Shown piece after piece: positions 27,839-37,320 of a DNA stretch of 52,819 bases. The notes under the pieces were generated by a model. The model worked only from the letters and a program-made list of their open reading frames with translations. It was not told where the DNA came from and did no database searches. How positions within the stretch are numbered: the stretch's first letter is position 1; the number at the start of each line of letters is the position of its first letter. This DNA comes from Candidatus Hydrogenedentota bacterium (GTDB taxonomy: Bacteria; Hydrogenedentota; Hydrogenedentia; Hydrogenedentales; CAITNO01), in NCBI GenBank assembly GCA_903902895.1, contig CAIUWO010000617.1, forward strand, positions 1-52,819. Direction: 5' to 3'. A program made the position numbers and the translations under genes.

Positions 27839-29425
27839 ATGCGCGTTAACCGCAGAACTTTTCTTGGCGCCTGCGCCGCGGCAGGCGCGGGGTGCTGCCT
27901 GGGTGGAAACGCCCATTCGGCAACCTTATCGGGCAAACGCCAGTTCAACCTCTCCATCTCCATTGAGGCGCTGGAGAAGGAACCGGAGCGGCTCGATGTC
28001 TTTGCGAAGGCCGGCGGGACGCACGTGTGGGTGCCGGGCTTTTTCTACGGCCATTGGCCGGTGCCGCTGGACAAGGTGTGTGCATGGCGCAGGCGCGCGA
28101 TGGACATGGGCCTGGACGCGCAGATGATCAACATCCCCCTTGGGCACCCGGGCGACGCGCTCGGCTCGTCGAGCGGGGCCTTTCCGCTGACCGGTCCCAA
28201 GTACTGGCACAACGGACAGCGTCCCGACGGGAAGCTCTACTCGGGCACCTCGCTGCATGAACCGGCCACGGAGGAGAATGTCGCCGCGCTGAAGGAAATC
28301 GCCAAGTGCGGCGTGCAGCGCGTGTTTGTGGACGATGATTTCCGGCTGGCGCCGTCGCCCGGCCAGATCGGCGGCTGTTTTTGCGGCGAGCACAAGGCGG
28401 ATTTCCTGAAGAAGGGCGGCTACGCCGAGAGCGCGTGGGCCGAACTGCTGGACTGCGTGGAACGGCGCGAACTCTCCCCCATCCTGCGCGCCTGGGTGGA
28501 ATACACCTGCGACCAGTTGACGGCCTGTTTCCGGGCGCAGCAGGCCGCCGCGCCCACGATCGAGATGGGCAACATGATCATGTACTTCGGCGCGGAGAAG
28601 GCGGGCATCCGGTTGACGGACTATCGCGGTGTGCCATTCCGCGTGGGCGAGATGATGTTCCACGATGAGGCGTTCGGCACGGTCAAGGGCAAGACGGACG
28701 AGCTGTACTCTTGTCTCTTCCACCGCCGCTTCACAACGCCCGAACTGGCCTACAGCGAGACCACGGCCTATCCCTCGGATAAACTGTCGGCGGCCAATAT
28801 GGCCGCCAAGCTGGCCGTGTCGACCATCGCCGACGTGCGCAACACGATGTTCATGTCCGGCCTGACGCCATTCCCCATGGCGCACTGGGACGTGCTCGCA
28901 CCGGCCATGCGGCACCATACCAAGCTGCACGAAAAACTTGCCGGGCACACGCCCAAGGGGCCGTTCAAACATTACTGGGGCGAGGCCAGCCGCTACGTGG
29001 GTGACGATCAACCCTTCAGCCTCTGCCTCGCGTCGGGCGTGCCCTTCGAGGTGATCGACGCGCCGCCCCAGGAGGGCTGGGTGTTCCTGTCCGATGCGGA
29101 CGCGAAACAGCTTTCCACGCAGAAACTGCCGGAGAAGGCGCGGTGGGTGTCGCGCATTGCCGGACCACAGGGCCCCGGCGCGCGGGTGATGGAGGAATCG
29201 CTGGAAGATGTCTTCGCGCTAAAGCATGAAATCGCGGATGCGCTGAAAGACGTTCCGCACGTCGTTGAAGACAAGCCCGTCGTCTGCGCGTGGTATCCCA
29301 CGGCCAACGCGGTGCTGTTGTGGAACCTGTCCGAGACGCGCGAGAAACTGACACTGCGCATGGGCGCAACGGACAGGACGGTGGAGTTGGAGGCCTTGGG
29401 GGCGGATATTGTTGAATTGGTGTAA
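27839..29425 (+). CDS. Tat-exported hypothetical protein, possibly a glycoside-hydrolase-like TIM barrel
   Basis: AAGGAGG RBS; NRRTFL Tat motif; 'VFVDDDFR...GCFC..H' resembles GH-like barrels. Confidence 0.75.
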   Translation: MRVNRRTFLGACAAAGAGCCLGGNAHSATLSGKRQFNLSISIEALEKEPERLDVFAKAGGTHVWVPGFFYGHWPVPLDKVCAWRRRAMDMGLDAQMINIPLGHPGDALGSSSGAFPLTGPKYWHNGQRPDGKLYSGTSLHEPATEENVAALKEIAKCGVQRVFVDDDFRLAPSPGQIGGCFCGEHKADFLKKGGYAESAWAELLDCVERRELSPILRAWVEYTCDQLTACFRAQQAAAPTIEMGNMIMYFGAEKAGIRLTDYRGVPFRVGEMMFHDEAFGTVKGKTDELYSCLFHRRFTTPELAYSETTAYPSDKLSAANMAAKLAVSTIADVRNTMFMSGLTPFPMAHWDVLAPAMRHHTKLHEKLAGHTPKGPFKHYWGEASRYVGDDQPFSLCLASGVPFEVIDAPPQEGWVFLSDADAKQLSTQKLPEKARWVSRIAGPQGPGARVMEESLEDVFALKHEIADALKDVPHVVEDKPVVCAWYPTANAVLLWNLSETREKLTLRMGATDRTVELEALGADIVELV

Positions 29426-29479
29426 GAAACTCTAGGCGCAAAGATCGCAAAGAGCACATAGAAGAGGCGGCCGTCTTGG

Positions 29480-29673
29480 GTCCCCCCTCGAGGGGGCTCG
29501 CCGCGGCGTAGCCCTTCGGGCGAAGCCGGGTGGCCGGCGAAAGCCGACCGGGGTGTCGTCTTCAATCCCCCTTTGAAGGGGGCAGGCCCGCAGGGCCGGG
29601 GGATGTGGAGCCTTAGGCACACTCGGGGCAAACATCCCCCGCCGCTTCGCGGCACCCCCTTCAAAGGGGGATT
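29480..29673. repeat. Composite palindromic repeat: partial unit plus full CCCCCTTTGAAGGGGG element
   Basis: AATCCCCCTTTGAAGGGGG...CCCCCTTCAAAGGGGGATT at 29564-29673, preceded by a variant half-unit GTCCCCCCTCGAGGGGG...GGCGAAAGCCGACCGGGG. Confidence 0.8.
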
Positions 29674-29760
29674 TAAGAGGGTGCGTGCCCGTTCGTGCCG
29701 TTATTCTCTTCTCCCCATCCCGTTCATCCTCTTCATCCCTGTTAGATTCCTCTTGTCTTC

Positions 29761-30915
29761 TTACTTCGCGCAGAGCGCCAGGATGCCGTCGATGTCCTCA
29801 CGCCCCAGCTTGGCGTGCTCGCCGATCTTCTCGCCACGCGCAGCGATGCGCTGTCCCACGCGCCCGATGCCCTCGGTGACGCCGTACTCGGCCAGGCGCG
29901 TCTTCACGCCCAGCGACCGGAAGAACTCCTCCGTCTTGGCGATCGCCGCGTCGATGCGCGCGTCCTCCGACCCGTCGCGGAGGCCCCACACGCGGTCGGC
30001 ATACTTGAGCAGCTTGGACTTCTTGGCACCGCGGCAGTACTGCATGGTCGCGGGGAACACCACGGCCAGCGTCTGCGCGTGGTCCAGCCCGTAAAGAGCG
30101 GTAAGTTCATGGCCCATCATGTGCGTGGCCCAGTCCTGCGGCACGCCGCAGGCGATGGCCCCGGCGAGCGCCTGCGTGGCCGACCACATCACGTTGGCGC
30201 GCGCATCGTAGTCAGTCGGGTTCTCCAGCGCCTTCGGCCCCTCCTCGATGAGCGTGAGCAGCACGGCCTCCGCCTGGCGGTCCTGCAGCGGCGCGTTCAC
30301 CTCGTAGGTCAGATACTGCTCCAGCACATGCGCAAACGCGTCCACCACGCCGTTCGCCGTCTGGCGCGGCGGCAGCGTGTAGCTTGTCTCCGGGTCGAGG
30401 ATGGAAAACTGCGGGTAGACATGCTCGCTGAAGAAGGCGCGCTTCTCCAGCGGCTCCATGCGCGAGACCACGGAGAAGCCGTTTGATTCCGAGCCCGTGG
30501 CCGGCAGCGTGAGCACGCAGCCCAAAGGCACCGCCTTTGTGACCGGGGCGCCCTTGGCCAGGATGTCCCACGGGTCATCCCCCAAAAAAGGAATGGCCGC
30601 GGCGATGAACTTCGTGCCGTCCAGCGTGGACCCGCCGCCCACGGACAGCAGGAAGGTGATGTCCTCCTGGCAGGCCAGCGCCACCGCCTTCATGCATGTC
30701 TCATAATGCGGATTGGGCTCGATCCCGCCAAACTCGATAACCTCATGGTCCTTTAGCGCGGCCTTGACCTGGTCATACACGCCGTTCTGCCTGATCGACC
30801 CGCCGCCGTAGGTCATCAGTATCCTGGCATCCTTCGGCGCCAGCGTGGAGAGGTTTGCAATGGTGCCCTTGCCAAAGTCCAGCAGGGTCGGATTGTGAAA
30901 GCGGAAATTCTGCAT
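29761..30915 (-). CDS. Iron-containing NAD(P)H-dependent alcohol dehydrogenase, YqhD/BdhA type
   Basis: Start ATG 30915; 'YGGGSI', 'GIEPNP', 'VGGGSTLDGTK', 'TLPATGSE' and 'DWATHMMGHELTALYGLDHA' motifs. Confidence 0.93.
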   Translation of the reverse strand: MQNFRFHNPTLLDFGKGTIANLSTLAPKDARILMTYGGGSIRQNGVYDQVKAALKDHEVIEFGGIEPNPHYETCMKAVALACQEDITFLLSVGGGSTLDGTKFIAAAIPFLGDDPWDILAKGAPVTKAVPLGCVLTLPATGSESNGFSVVSRMEPLEKRAFFSEHVYPQFSILDPETSYTLPPRQTANGVVDAFAHVLEQYLTYEVNAPLQDRQAEAVLLTLIEEGPKALENPTDYDARANVMWSATQALAGAIACGVPQDWATHMMGHELTALYGLDHAQTLAVVFPATMQYCRGAKKSKLLKYADRVWGLRDGSEDARIDAAIAKTEEFFRSLGVKTRLAEYGVTEGIGRVGQRIAARGEKIGEHAKLGREDIDGILALCAK

Positions 30916-30970
30916 GGTTCGTGACTCCTTCTGACCGGCATTATGGGGAAACTGAATGCGTCGCTTCAAT

Positions 30971-31021
30971 GTGGCGCAGGCATTCCTGCCTGCGCAGTGC
31001 AGACAGAAATGTCTGCACTAC
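30971..31021. repeat. GTAG/GTGG-type REP doublet
   Basis: GTGG-CGCAGGCA-TTCC-TGCCTGCG facing the inverted GTAG-TGCAGACA-TTTC-TGTCTGCA. Confidence 0.75.
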
Positions 31022-31091
31022 ACTGGCACGACTGCATTCGCCACAAAATGAACCACAATGCCATCCGCGCACATTCCCACGGAGGCAAATC

Positions 31092-31216
31092 GCGGCCATG
31101 CCGCCCAAAGCAGAGGAGGCTTCCAGCCTCCTCCGGCAAGAGCCCGAGCCAAAATTCCAAGAAGAACGCGGCAGGATGCCGCGTCTACTTTCCTTGACCG
31201 CGGCGGCCATGCCGCC
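31092..31216. repeat. Second REP doublet, flanked by 14-bp direct repeats
   Basis: AAAGCAG-AGGAGGC-TTCCA-GCCTCCT (31107) facing the inverted AAAGTAG-ACGCGGCATCCTGCCGCGT (ends 31191); GCGGCCATGCCGCC at 31092 and 31203. Confidence 0.7.
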
Positions 31217-31356
31217 GCAGTCCATAGAAAACCCGCGCGGGGTGTTGGGTGGCGTGATGGAAACCTCCGACACACGCGGGCGCGCCAACAGAAAGCGCCC
31301 GGCCACCGCTCTCGCGGATGACCGGGCGCACATCACGTGCTCTTTCTTCTTGCGTC

Positions 31357-33423
31357 CTACTTCACCGGCACCTCGGCCTCGGCGGGCTGGGGTGTGGTGG
31401 CCTCGTCGGGTTCGTTTTCGAAGGTCACCTCGGCCTGTTCGGGCTGGGGACCGGGGCGCTCGAAGGTGCACTTGTCGCCGTCGCAGTACATGTCCTGCAC
31501 CTCGTCAGTGTTCACGTTTTCGAAGTTGAGCGGGCCCAGTTTGGCCTTGGAGCGCTCGAAGACCTCCTTGGTGATCTCCTGATACGGCGCCTGGGCGTAG
31601 CTGTGGTCGCGGATGGGCAGGAAGCTGATGGACTTGAGCCGCGTTTCGTACAGCTCCAGAATCTGGGGAATCTCCTTCGCCTCTTCCGAATTGAAGGTGA
31701 TGGTGGCGCTCACCTGGTTGTCGGCCCAGTAGTACTGCATCTGTGCCACGTTCTCCACCTGCTCCCAGATGGACACGTCCTTCTTGGAGCGCTGGAAGAA
31801 CTCCTCATGCACGGGGAAGTAGACGACCCAGGTGTTGTCGCCGTAGACCGACTCTTCCAGCCGGTACCCCGCGCGGCGCAGCGGCTCGACGAGCGGGCTG
31901 GTCTTGTCGATGCGGATCGTGCGGTGGTAGTACTCGGAGTGGGCGTAGTGGATGCCCGGCGTCACGCCCGGCAGCAGCGACACGGTGCCGCTGGGCTTGA
32001 TGCTGGTCTTCTTGATGCTCTCGGGCACGCACAGCCACTGGGAGTAGATGCGGTCCAGCTTGCCGATGTACTTGTAGCCCTCGTCGCACCAGCGGAAATG
32101 CTCGCGGCGGCCGTGGCGCTGGAAGCTTTCGATGATGCCCGACTGGCTCAGGCCGATGCGGCGGTTGCGCAGCATGATCGCGTTTGTGCGCTCGATGTGC
32201 GTCGGGATCAGCGTCACTGTCTTGGCGTAGAGATAGGCGAACTTGAGCGTGCGCCGGTATTCGTCGAGCGTCTCGTGGCGCGAGGGGAAGGTTTCCACGA
32301 GGTTGCAGATTTCGTAGGACTCCAGGCTCTGCTCGGCGCAGGGATTGGTCCCCGTGACCTTGGCGTCGATATAGTTCGCGCCGTCCTTCACGCGGCCGTA
32401 GGCCCGCGCGTTTTCAAGCCAGAAGTAGCCGGGCTCGCCGTTCTTGGCGGTCTGGCCCCCGGCGTCGGTGTAGTCCATGCCCTCGCGCGCGATGATGCTG
32501 TTGTTGGACGCCCAGCGCCAGGCCATCAACTGCTCCTTGTGCAGGCTGGGGTCCTTCAACTGGAGGTATTCGGCGTCGTCGGGCTCGCCCAGGGCCAGTT
32601 CGGCCGTGCGGCGCACGCCGCCGGACACGACGCACTTGCCGATGACGTTCATGAGGTCGGTGATGTCGGTCGACGAGACCTGATGGCCCGCGCGCGGCAC
32701 GAGAATCTTGTCGATGTTCTGGATGCACTCGATGAGCGGCGCCGGGCCGGGCGCGATGCCGCCAAAGGTCTTGATGATCGAGCCCCGTTCCCGGATTTTC
32801 CCGTAGTCGACATGCGCCGGGCGGCGCGCCTTGCCCACGTAGGCGTTAAGCACGACGCGGACGAGATCGGTCCAGCCCTCTTTCGAATCCTCGACAACGT
32901 GGGTGTACTCGCCGATCTGCGGCGCCTGGATCGTCAGCTTGCCGGCGCCCTTGGTGTCAAAGGCCACGCCCGTGCCCAGCATGGACAGGTCCATGAGGAA
33001 GCAGAAGGGCTCGGCGAAATCCGTTTCCAACTCGTCGGTGGACACAAAGGCGCAGTTGTTCAGCGCGCCCGAGCCGCGCTCGTAGATGTAGTCCGAGCCC
33101 ATCATCCACAGGCCGCGGCCCGGCGGCAGGAACTTGAAGCCCCACATGAGCTTGAACATTTCCTGGGCCGACCGCTGCGCCTTTTCCGGCTTCCACGGCA
33201 GCTTGAGGCTCATGCAGTGGTTGTGCTGGATGGTGTAGCACCCCTCCACCACGCGCCGCAGGGTTTCCCAGTACTCCTCGGTGCGGCCCGTCCCGTCGTC
33301 TATCACGCGGGCATAGGTCCGCTTGAAGGTGATGTAGCCCAGCGGCCCCCACTGGGGCTGCTTTCCCCGGTAATCCCCCAGGAACTTGTCAGAGAGCTTG
33401 AATCGCTCGCGCACGGTAAACAT
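31357..33423 (-). CDS. nrdJ: Class II (adenosylcobalamin-dependent) monomeric ribonucleoside-triphosphate reductase
   Basis: 'RTYAR', 'PPGRGLW', 'LNNC', 'GGVRR(T)A', 'TNPCAEQSL...CNL', 'RRIG', 'KPSGTVS', 'DNQVSAT' and C-terminal CDGDKC. Confidence 0.95.
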   Translation of the reverse strand: MFTVRERFKLSDKFLGDYRGKQPQWGPLGYITFKRTYARVIDDGTGRTEEYWETLRRVVEGCYTIQHNHCMSLKLPWKPEKAQRSAQEMFKLMWGFKFLPPGRGLWMMGSDYIYERGSGALNNCAFVSTDELETDFAEPFCFLMDLSMLGTGVAFDTKGAGKLTIQAPQIGEYTHVVEDSKEGWTDLVRVVLNAYVGKARRPAHVDYGKIRERGSIIKTFGGIAPGPAPLIECIQNIDKILVPRAGHQVSSTDITDLMNVIGKCVVSGGVRRTAELALGEPDDAEYLQLKDPSLHKEQLMAWRWASNNSIIAREGMDYTDAGGQTAKNGEPGYFWLENARAYGRVKDGANYIDAKVTGTNPCAEQSLESYEICNLVETFPSRHETLDEYRRTLKFAYLYAKTVTLIPTHIERTNAIMLRNRRIGLSQSGIIESFQRHGRREHFRWCDEGYKYIGKLDRIYSQWLCVPESIKKTSIKPSGTVSLLPGVTPGIHYAHSEYYHRTIRIDKTSPLVEPLRRAGYRLEESVYGDNTWVVYFPVHEEFFQRSKKDVSIWEQVENVAQMQYYWADNQVSATITFNSEEAKEIPQILELYETRLKSISFLPIRDHSYAQAPYQEITKEVFERSKAKLGPLNFENVNTDEVQDMYCDGDKCTFERPGPQPEQAEVTFENEPDEATTPQPAEAEVPVK

Positions 33424-33490
33424 TTTCGTCAGCCTCCTAAGTCGTTTCTCTCTTCACGCTGTCAACACACTTTACGCGGTCGGTTTTCGG

Positions 33491-34273
33491 TCACACCTTG
33501 CGGTGCTGGGTGTGCACCCAGGGCAGACCGTCAACCTCTTCCACTTCATAATCGGCAAAGACGTTCGGATAGCGTTCGGCCACTATCCGGTACACCTCGC
33601 CGAACAAATACCGTATTTCCTCCTCGGCGTGCGGGTCGGTGCGGTTTTCGATCACATGGCGCAGCGCCCGGAAATTGCACGACCAGCCGATGGTGGTGGC
33701 CAGGCCGATGGGCGCCACCCGCCGGAACGCCGAGGTCAGCTTCTTCTTCACGTCGAAGCGGATCTCATCGTCAATCTTGTACACCTCGGCCAGTTCGCGC
33801 TGGATCGCCTCCAGGTGCTCGAAGGTCCGCGCCAGAATCGACATGCCCTCGTCGTTCTCCTGAATCTGCACCGGGATGTAGGCCGAAAGCGTGTCGAGCC
33901 GCACAAAGCGCAGCGATTCCTGCGACATGGCCGTGCCGGAGCGGTGCCGCACCAGTTCATGGGTCACCACGCGGCTCACATCGGCGAAGATGAAATTCAT
34001 CGTCGCGTGCTCCAGCACGCTGCCATGGCCGACCCGGATGATGTTCTCCAGGTAGGCCGCATTGCCCTGGCGCACACGGGTCACATTGGGATTGAGCCCC
34101 GCCTCAAAGGACCGGTAGCACAGCCGCCCCATCACCTCGCACACCCGTTCCCCGTCGCTCGGGGCGTCGGTGGCCCACTGGGAAACCCCCAGGTGGTCGA
34201 GATAGCCCTGCATCCCCTCTTCGATGACGCGGGTCTCACCCACCAAAAACACTTTCGGCTTTACAAATTTCAT
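33491..34273 (-). CDS. thyX: Flavin-dependent thymidylate synthase
   Basis: Start ATG 34273; 'GRLCY', 'GHGSVLEH', 'SRVVTHELVRHR...SQESLRF' and 'NFRALRH...R...HAEEEIR' motifs. Confidence 0.95.
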   Translation of the reverse strand: MKFVKPKVFLVGETRVIEEGMQGYLDHLGVSQWATDAPSDGERVCEVMGRLCYRSFEAGLNPNVTRVRQGNAAYLENIIRVGHGSVLEHATMNFIFADVSRVVTHELVRHRSGTAMSQESLRFVRLDTLSAYIPVQIQENDEGMSILARTFEHLEAIQRELAEVYKIDDEIRFDVKKKLTSAFRRVAPIGLATTIGWSCNFRALRHVIENRTDPHAEEEIRYLFGEVYRIVAERYPNVFADYEVEEVDGLPWVHTQHRKV

Positions 34274-34392
34274 TCTTACACTGTCCTTACAATACGCACC
34301 AAGTGCCCAAAAGGGCGTTTCGGAGAATCCGCATTTTCTCCAACCGTCCATCGCCTCTGCACACCTCCGCAGGGGGTCTGGAGCGGGGATGA

Positions 34393-34421
34393 AATATAGC
34401 AACCGTTCAGGCCGATGTAAA
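34393..34421 (-). promoter_or_regulatory. Candidate sigma70 promoter for thyX-nrdJ
   Basis: TTTACA-17 nt-TATATT with TG extension on the minus strand. Confidence 0.5.
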
Positions 34422-34488
34422 GAGGATTCTTAATGGCGCAACAGGGAACTGAATTAGCATTTTTCGCACACACTAGCGAATTACCATA

Positions 34489-34555
34489 ATCCTATATATT
34501 GTGTGTCGTTAGATTTTTAACAACAATATATAGTGTTTTATTGCAGGTGTGGCAA
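34489..34555 (-). promoter_or_regulatory. Tandem NrdR boxes 1-2 overlapping a candidate promoter
   Basis: ATCCTATATATTGTGT (34489-34504) and CAACAATATATAGTGT (34521-34536) match acaCwAtATaTwGtgt, 32 bp apart; minus-strand TTGCCA-17-TATATA has its -10 inside box 2. Confidence 0.88.
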
Positions 34556-34780
34556 AAGCGTGAGGCCCACGGTGTCAACCCCTCATGTGGGTGAAAAATC
34601 GGGGACAAACAACTCCTGTTTTGCCGTGCTAAGTCCCTGTTTGCTCATCGTTTCCAAACATTGCATGCCGCTTTCCAGTACCGCGAGGGGGACCGTTGAC
34701 GGCGTGAGATGTGGGAGTACTATGGGACTGTCCGTTTCCCCAAGAAAGGAGCGCGTTTAGGCGTGACGCGAGACCTTTAG

Positions 34781-34837
34781 TATCAATATATTGTGTTACT
34801 TATCGATATTTCGCAATTTATACACAATATATTGTGC
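34781..34837. promoter_or_regulatory. Tandem NrdR boxes 3-4
   Basis: TATCAATATATTGTGT (34781-34796) and ACACAATATATTGTGC (34822-34837), 41 bp apart. Confidence 0.85.
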
Positions 34838-34932
34838 CACATGCCCTGTCAGCGCATTTCCTAGAGGGGGCTAAATTGACAGTATCCTCGACCCTTTCGC
34901 TTTGCCCCCTTGCGCTGTCGCGCAACCCCGCT

Positions 34933-37320
34933 TCAGTTGACACTGTCGTCCGGCGTTTCAAGGGTGTATCCGCGCCCGTCTCGAGCCCCGGAAAGCAGCG
35001 ACTGCCCCCCGCACAACTTTGCCCGTATCCCGCCATGCTGGTCCGTGCGCCACAAAGGCAGTCCCCGGGCGGCATAACGGCCGGCCACACCGCGCCCCAG
35101 CGCGGGGAGCCGACCCGTGTCGCGGGTGGACACGACCACCGCGTTCGGGCGCACCGCATCAAGAAAGGCTTCGCTGTTTGAGGTGGCCGACCCGTGATGG
35201 GGCGCTTTCAGCAGCTCGGCGCGGCAGTCCCCATTGCTGAGCAGTTTCTCCGCAGCCGCCTCAATATCGCCGGCAAAGAACACCCGGCCCTGCCCCCAGC
35301 CCACGCGCAGCACCAGCGACTGGTCATTGTCCCGGCCGCCGGGAATCTCAGTTGCCGGCGGGCTGAGCACCTCGACTTTCGCCCCCGCAAGGGGTATTTC
35401 GGTGCCCGCCGCCACACGGTGCACCGGCACCCCCTGGCGTTGGCAGGTCTCCAGAAAGAGGGTCTCCAATGCATCCGGCCTCTCTCCGCCAGGCGGGAGC
35501 CAGGCGCCTTTCACGGGGAATTGCTCGACAACATGTATCAGGCCGCCCAGATGGTCGCTGTCGGGATGGGTAGCCACCACGGCATCCAGGCGGCGGAGAC
35601 CATGGACGCGCAGGTATGGCGCAACCACCATCCGCCCCTGGTCCAGTTCAATGTCATCCTTCCGGTCGCCGCCGTCAATGAGCGCCACCGCGCCGGACGG
35701 GGTGACGATGCAGGCCGCGTCCGCGTGGCCCACGTCGAGAAAGTCGATGCGGGGCTGTGCCGGCCGCACAGACCACAGCGTCACCGCCGCCACGGCGCAG
35801 GCGGCGGCAACCACCCACCGCCGCCGCGTGGGCGGCGCGTCGCCCGAAAGCAGACGCCATGCGAGAAACATGGCCGCGAACCACAGCAGCAGCGCAGGCG
35901 GCGTGGGCCGGGAAAGGACGAAATAGCCAGCCGGGGCCGAGGCGGCCCAGCCCACGGCCTGCTCTGTCAGCCACACCACCGGCCACAGCGCGTATCCCGG
36001 CACGACGGCGGCCGCCGGAAAAACGGCCGCAAGGACCACGGTTGCGAAGATAAGCCACAAGGCCACGCCGAGCAGCGGCACCACGGCCAGGTTTGCGGCC
36101 AGCCCGGCCACGGGCAGGATGTGGAAATGCCACACGGCCAGCGGCGCGGACAGCGCCTGCGACCCGACCGTGGCAGCAACGGCCTCGCGCGGCCCCCGCG
36201 GAAGCAGCGTGAACCGCCGCACCAGCGGTTCCTGAAAAAGCAGCAGCGAAGCCATGGACAGATAGGACAACTGAAAGCCGAGGTCGAAGAGACCCGGCGG
36301 CTCGAGGACCAGCAGCACAAAACCGGACAAACCCAGCGCGGTCAGCGTGTCGGGTTCGCGGTCGAACAGCTCGTAGGCCAGCACGGCCGACACCATAAGC
36401 GCCGACCGCAGCGTGGGCGGCTGGGCGCCGGCCGCCAGCGCGAAGAGAAAGACGCCGGCCATCACGCAGGCCGCGCGCAGCCGCCGGTAGGGGATCACCA
36501 TGCCCAGGACCAGCGAAAGGCTGAGGTAGATGAGGCCGACGTGGAGCCCGGACACGGACAGCACATGCACCGTGCCCGACGCCACAAACTGCCCGTAAAG
36601 TTCGCGGTCGAACCCGCTGCGCTCGCCGAGCCAGATGCCCAGCACAAACGGCACCACCCCGGCGGGCACGGCCGCGCACAGCCGCCCGGCCTGCCACTGG
36701 CGAAAATGTGAAATGGCTTGGCGCACCGGCCCGGCAACCTGCCCCGTGTCGGACAGCCCCTCTTTGCGCAGCGTTATTCGACTGAACACCGCCTTGCGGC
36801 GGCACATGTCCTCCAGGCCGTAGACGCCGAAATTGACGGGGCCGATGTCGGGCCGCAGTTCGCCCGTGACCCGAACCTCGGTGCCATCCAGCAACGGCCC
36901 CGTGGGGTCGCGCCAATAGGCCAGACAGCGCCCCCGCAGGGGGAACGTCTCCCCGCCGTCCACGCATGCCGACACGTCCAGCAGGAAGCGCATGCTGTCC
37001 GTGCCGGGAAGAAACACGGGCGCCTCGGACACCGCGCCAATGAGCGTGCAGCGGCGGTTGGGATGCTCCATGGCCAGCAACGACACCCCATCCCCCCCCT
37101 CCGGCGGCGCGCGCAGCGCCCATGCGGCGGCGCCCAGCGCCATGCACAGAAACACAAGCGCGGCCCGGTCCCGCCAGGGAAGCCGCGCCGCCACCCACAC
37201 AACGGCGACAACCGCGAACAGCCCCGCCAGCAGCGCGCCCGCGCCCGGCCCCTGCAGCCAGGCGGCCATGCGGATGCCCAAGGCAAGCCCAAGCGCCATC
37301 CAGACCCAATGCCGGTTCAC
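34933..37320 (-). CDS. comEC: DNA internalization competence protein ComEC/Rec2
   Basis: Competence domain 'GTVHVLSVSGLHVG', 'GFQLSY'; metallo-beta-lactamase domain 'LDVGHAD', 'THPDSDHLGG', 'HHGS', 'RTDQHG'. Confidence 0.95.
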   Translation of the reverse strand: MNRHWVWMALGLALGIRMAAWLQGPGAGALLAGLFAVVAVVWVAARLPWRDRAALVFLCMALGAAAWALRAPPEGGDGVSLLAMEHPNRRCTLIGAVSEAPVFLPGTDSMRFLLDVSACVDGGETFPLRGRCLAYWRDPTGPLLDGTEVRVTGELRPDIGPVNFGVYGLEDMCRRKAVFSRITLRKEGLSDTGQVAGPVRQAISHFRQWQAGRLCAAVPAGVVPFVLGIWLGERSGFDRELYGQFVASGTVHVLSVSGLHVGLIYLSLSLVLGMVIPYRRLRAACVMAGVFLFALAAGAQPPTLRSALMVSAVLAYELFDREPDTLTALGLSGFVLLVLEPPGLFDLGFQLSYLSMASLLLFQEPLVRRFTLLPRGPREAVAATVGSQALSAPLAVWHFHILPVAGLAANLAVVPLLGVALWLIFATVVLAAVFPAAAVVPGYALWPVVWLTEQAVGWAASAPAGYFVLSRPTPPALLLWFAAMFLAWRLLSGDAPPTRRRWVVAAACAVAAVTLWSVRPAQPRIDFLDVGHADAACIVTPSGAVALIDGGDRKDDIELDQGRMVVAPYLRVHGLRRLDAVVATHPDSDHLGGLIHVVEQFPVKGAWLPPGGERPDALETLFLETCQRQGVPVHRVAAGTEIPLAGAKVEVLSPPATEIPGGRDNDQSLVLRVGWGQGRVFFAGDIEAAAEKLLSNGDCRAELLKAPHHGSATSNSEAFLDAVRPNAVVVSTRDTGRLPALGRGVAGRYAARGLPLWRTDQHGGIRAKLCGGQSLLSGARDGRGYTLETPDDSVN

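Noticed and set aside
31357-34273. Prophage origin of thyX-nrdJ
   Set aside because: No phage structural, integrase or replication genes; host-like codons and NrdR boxes.
34274-34932. Cobalamin riboswitch upstream of thyX-nrdJ
   Set aside because: No B12-box or conserved core motifs seen by eye; NrdR boxes explain the conserved-looking sequence. An Infernal scan would be definitive.
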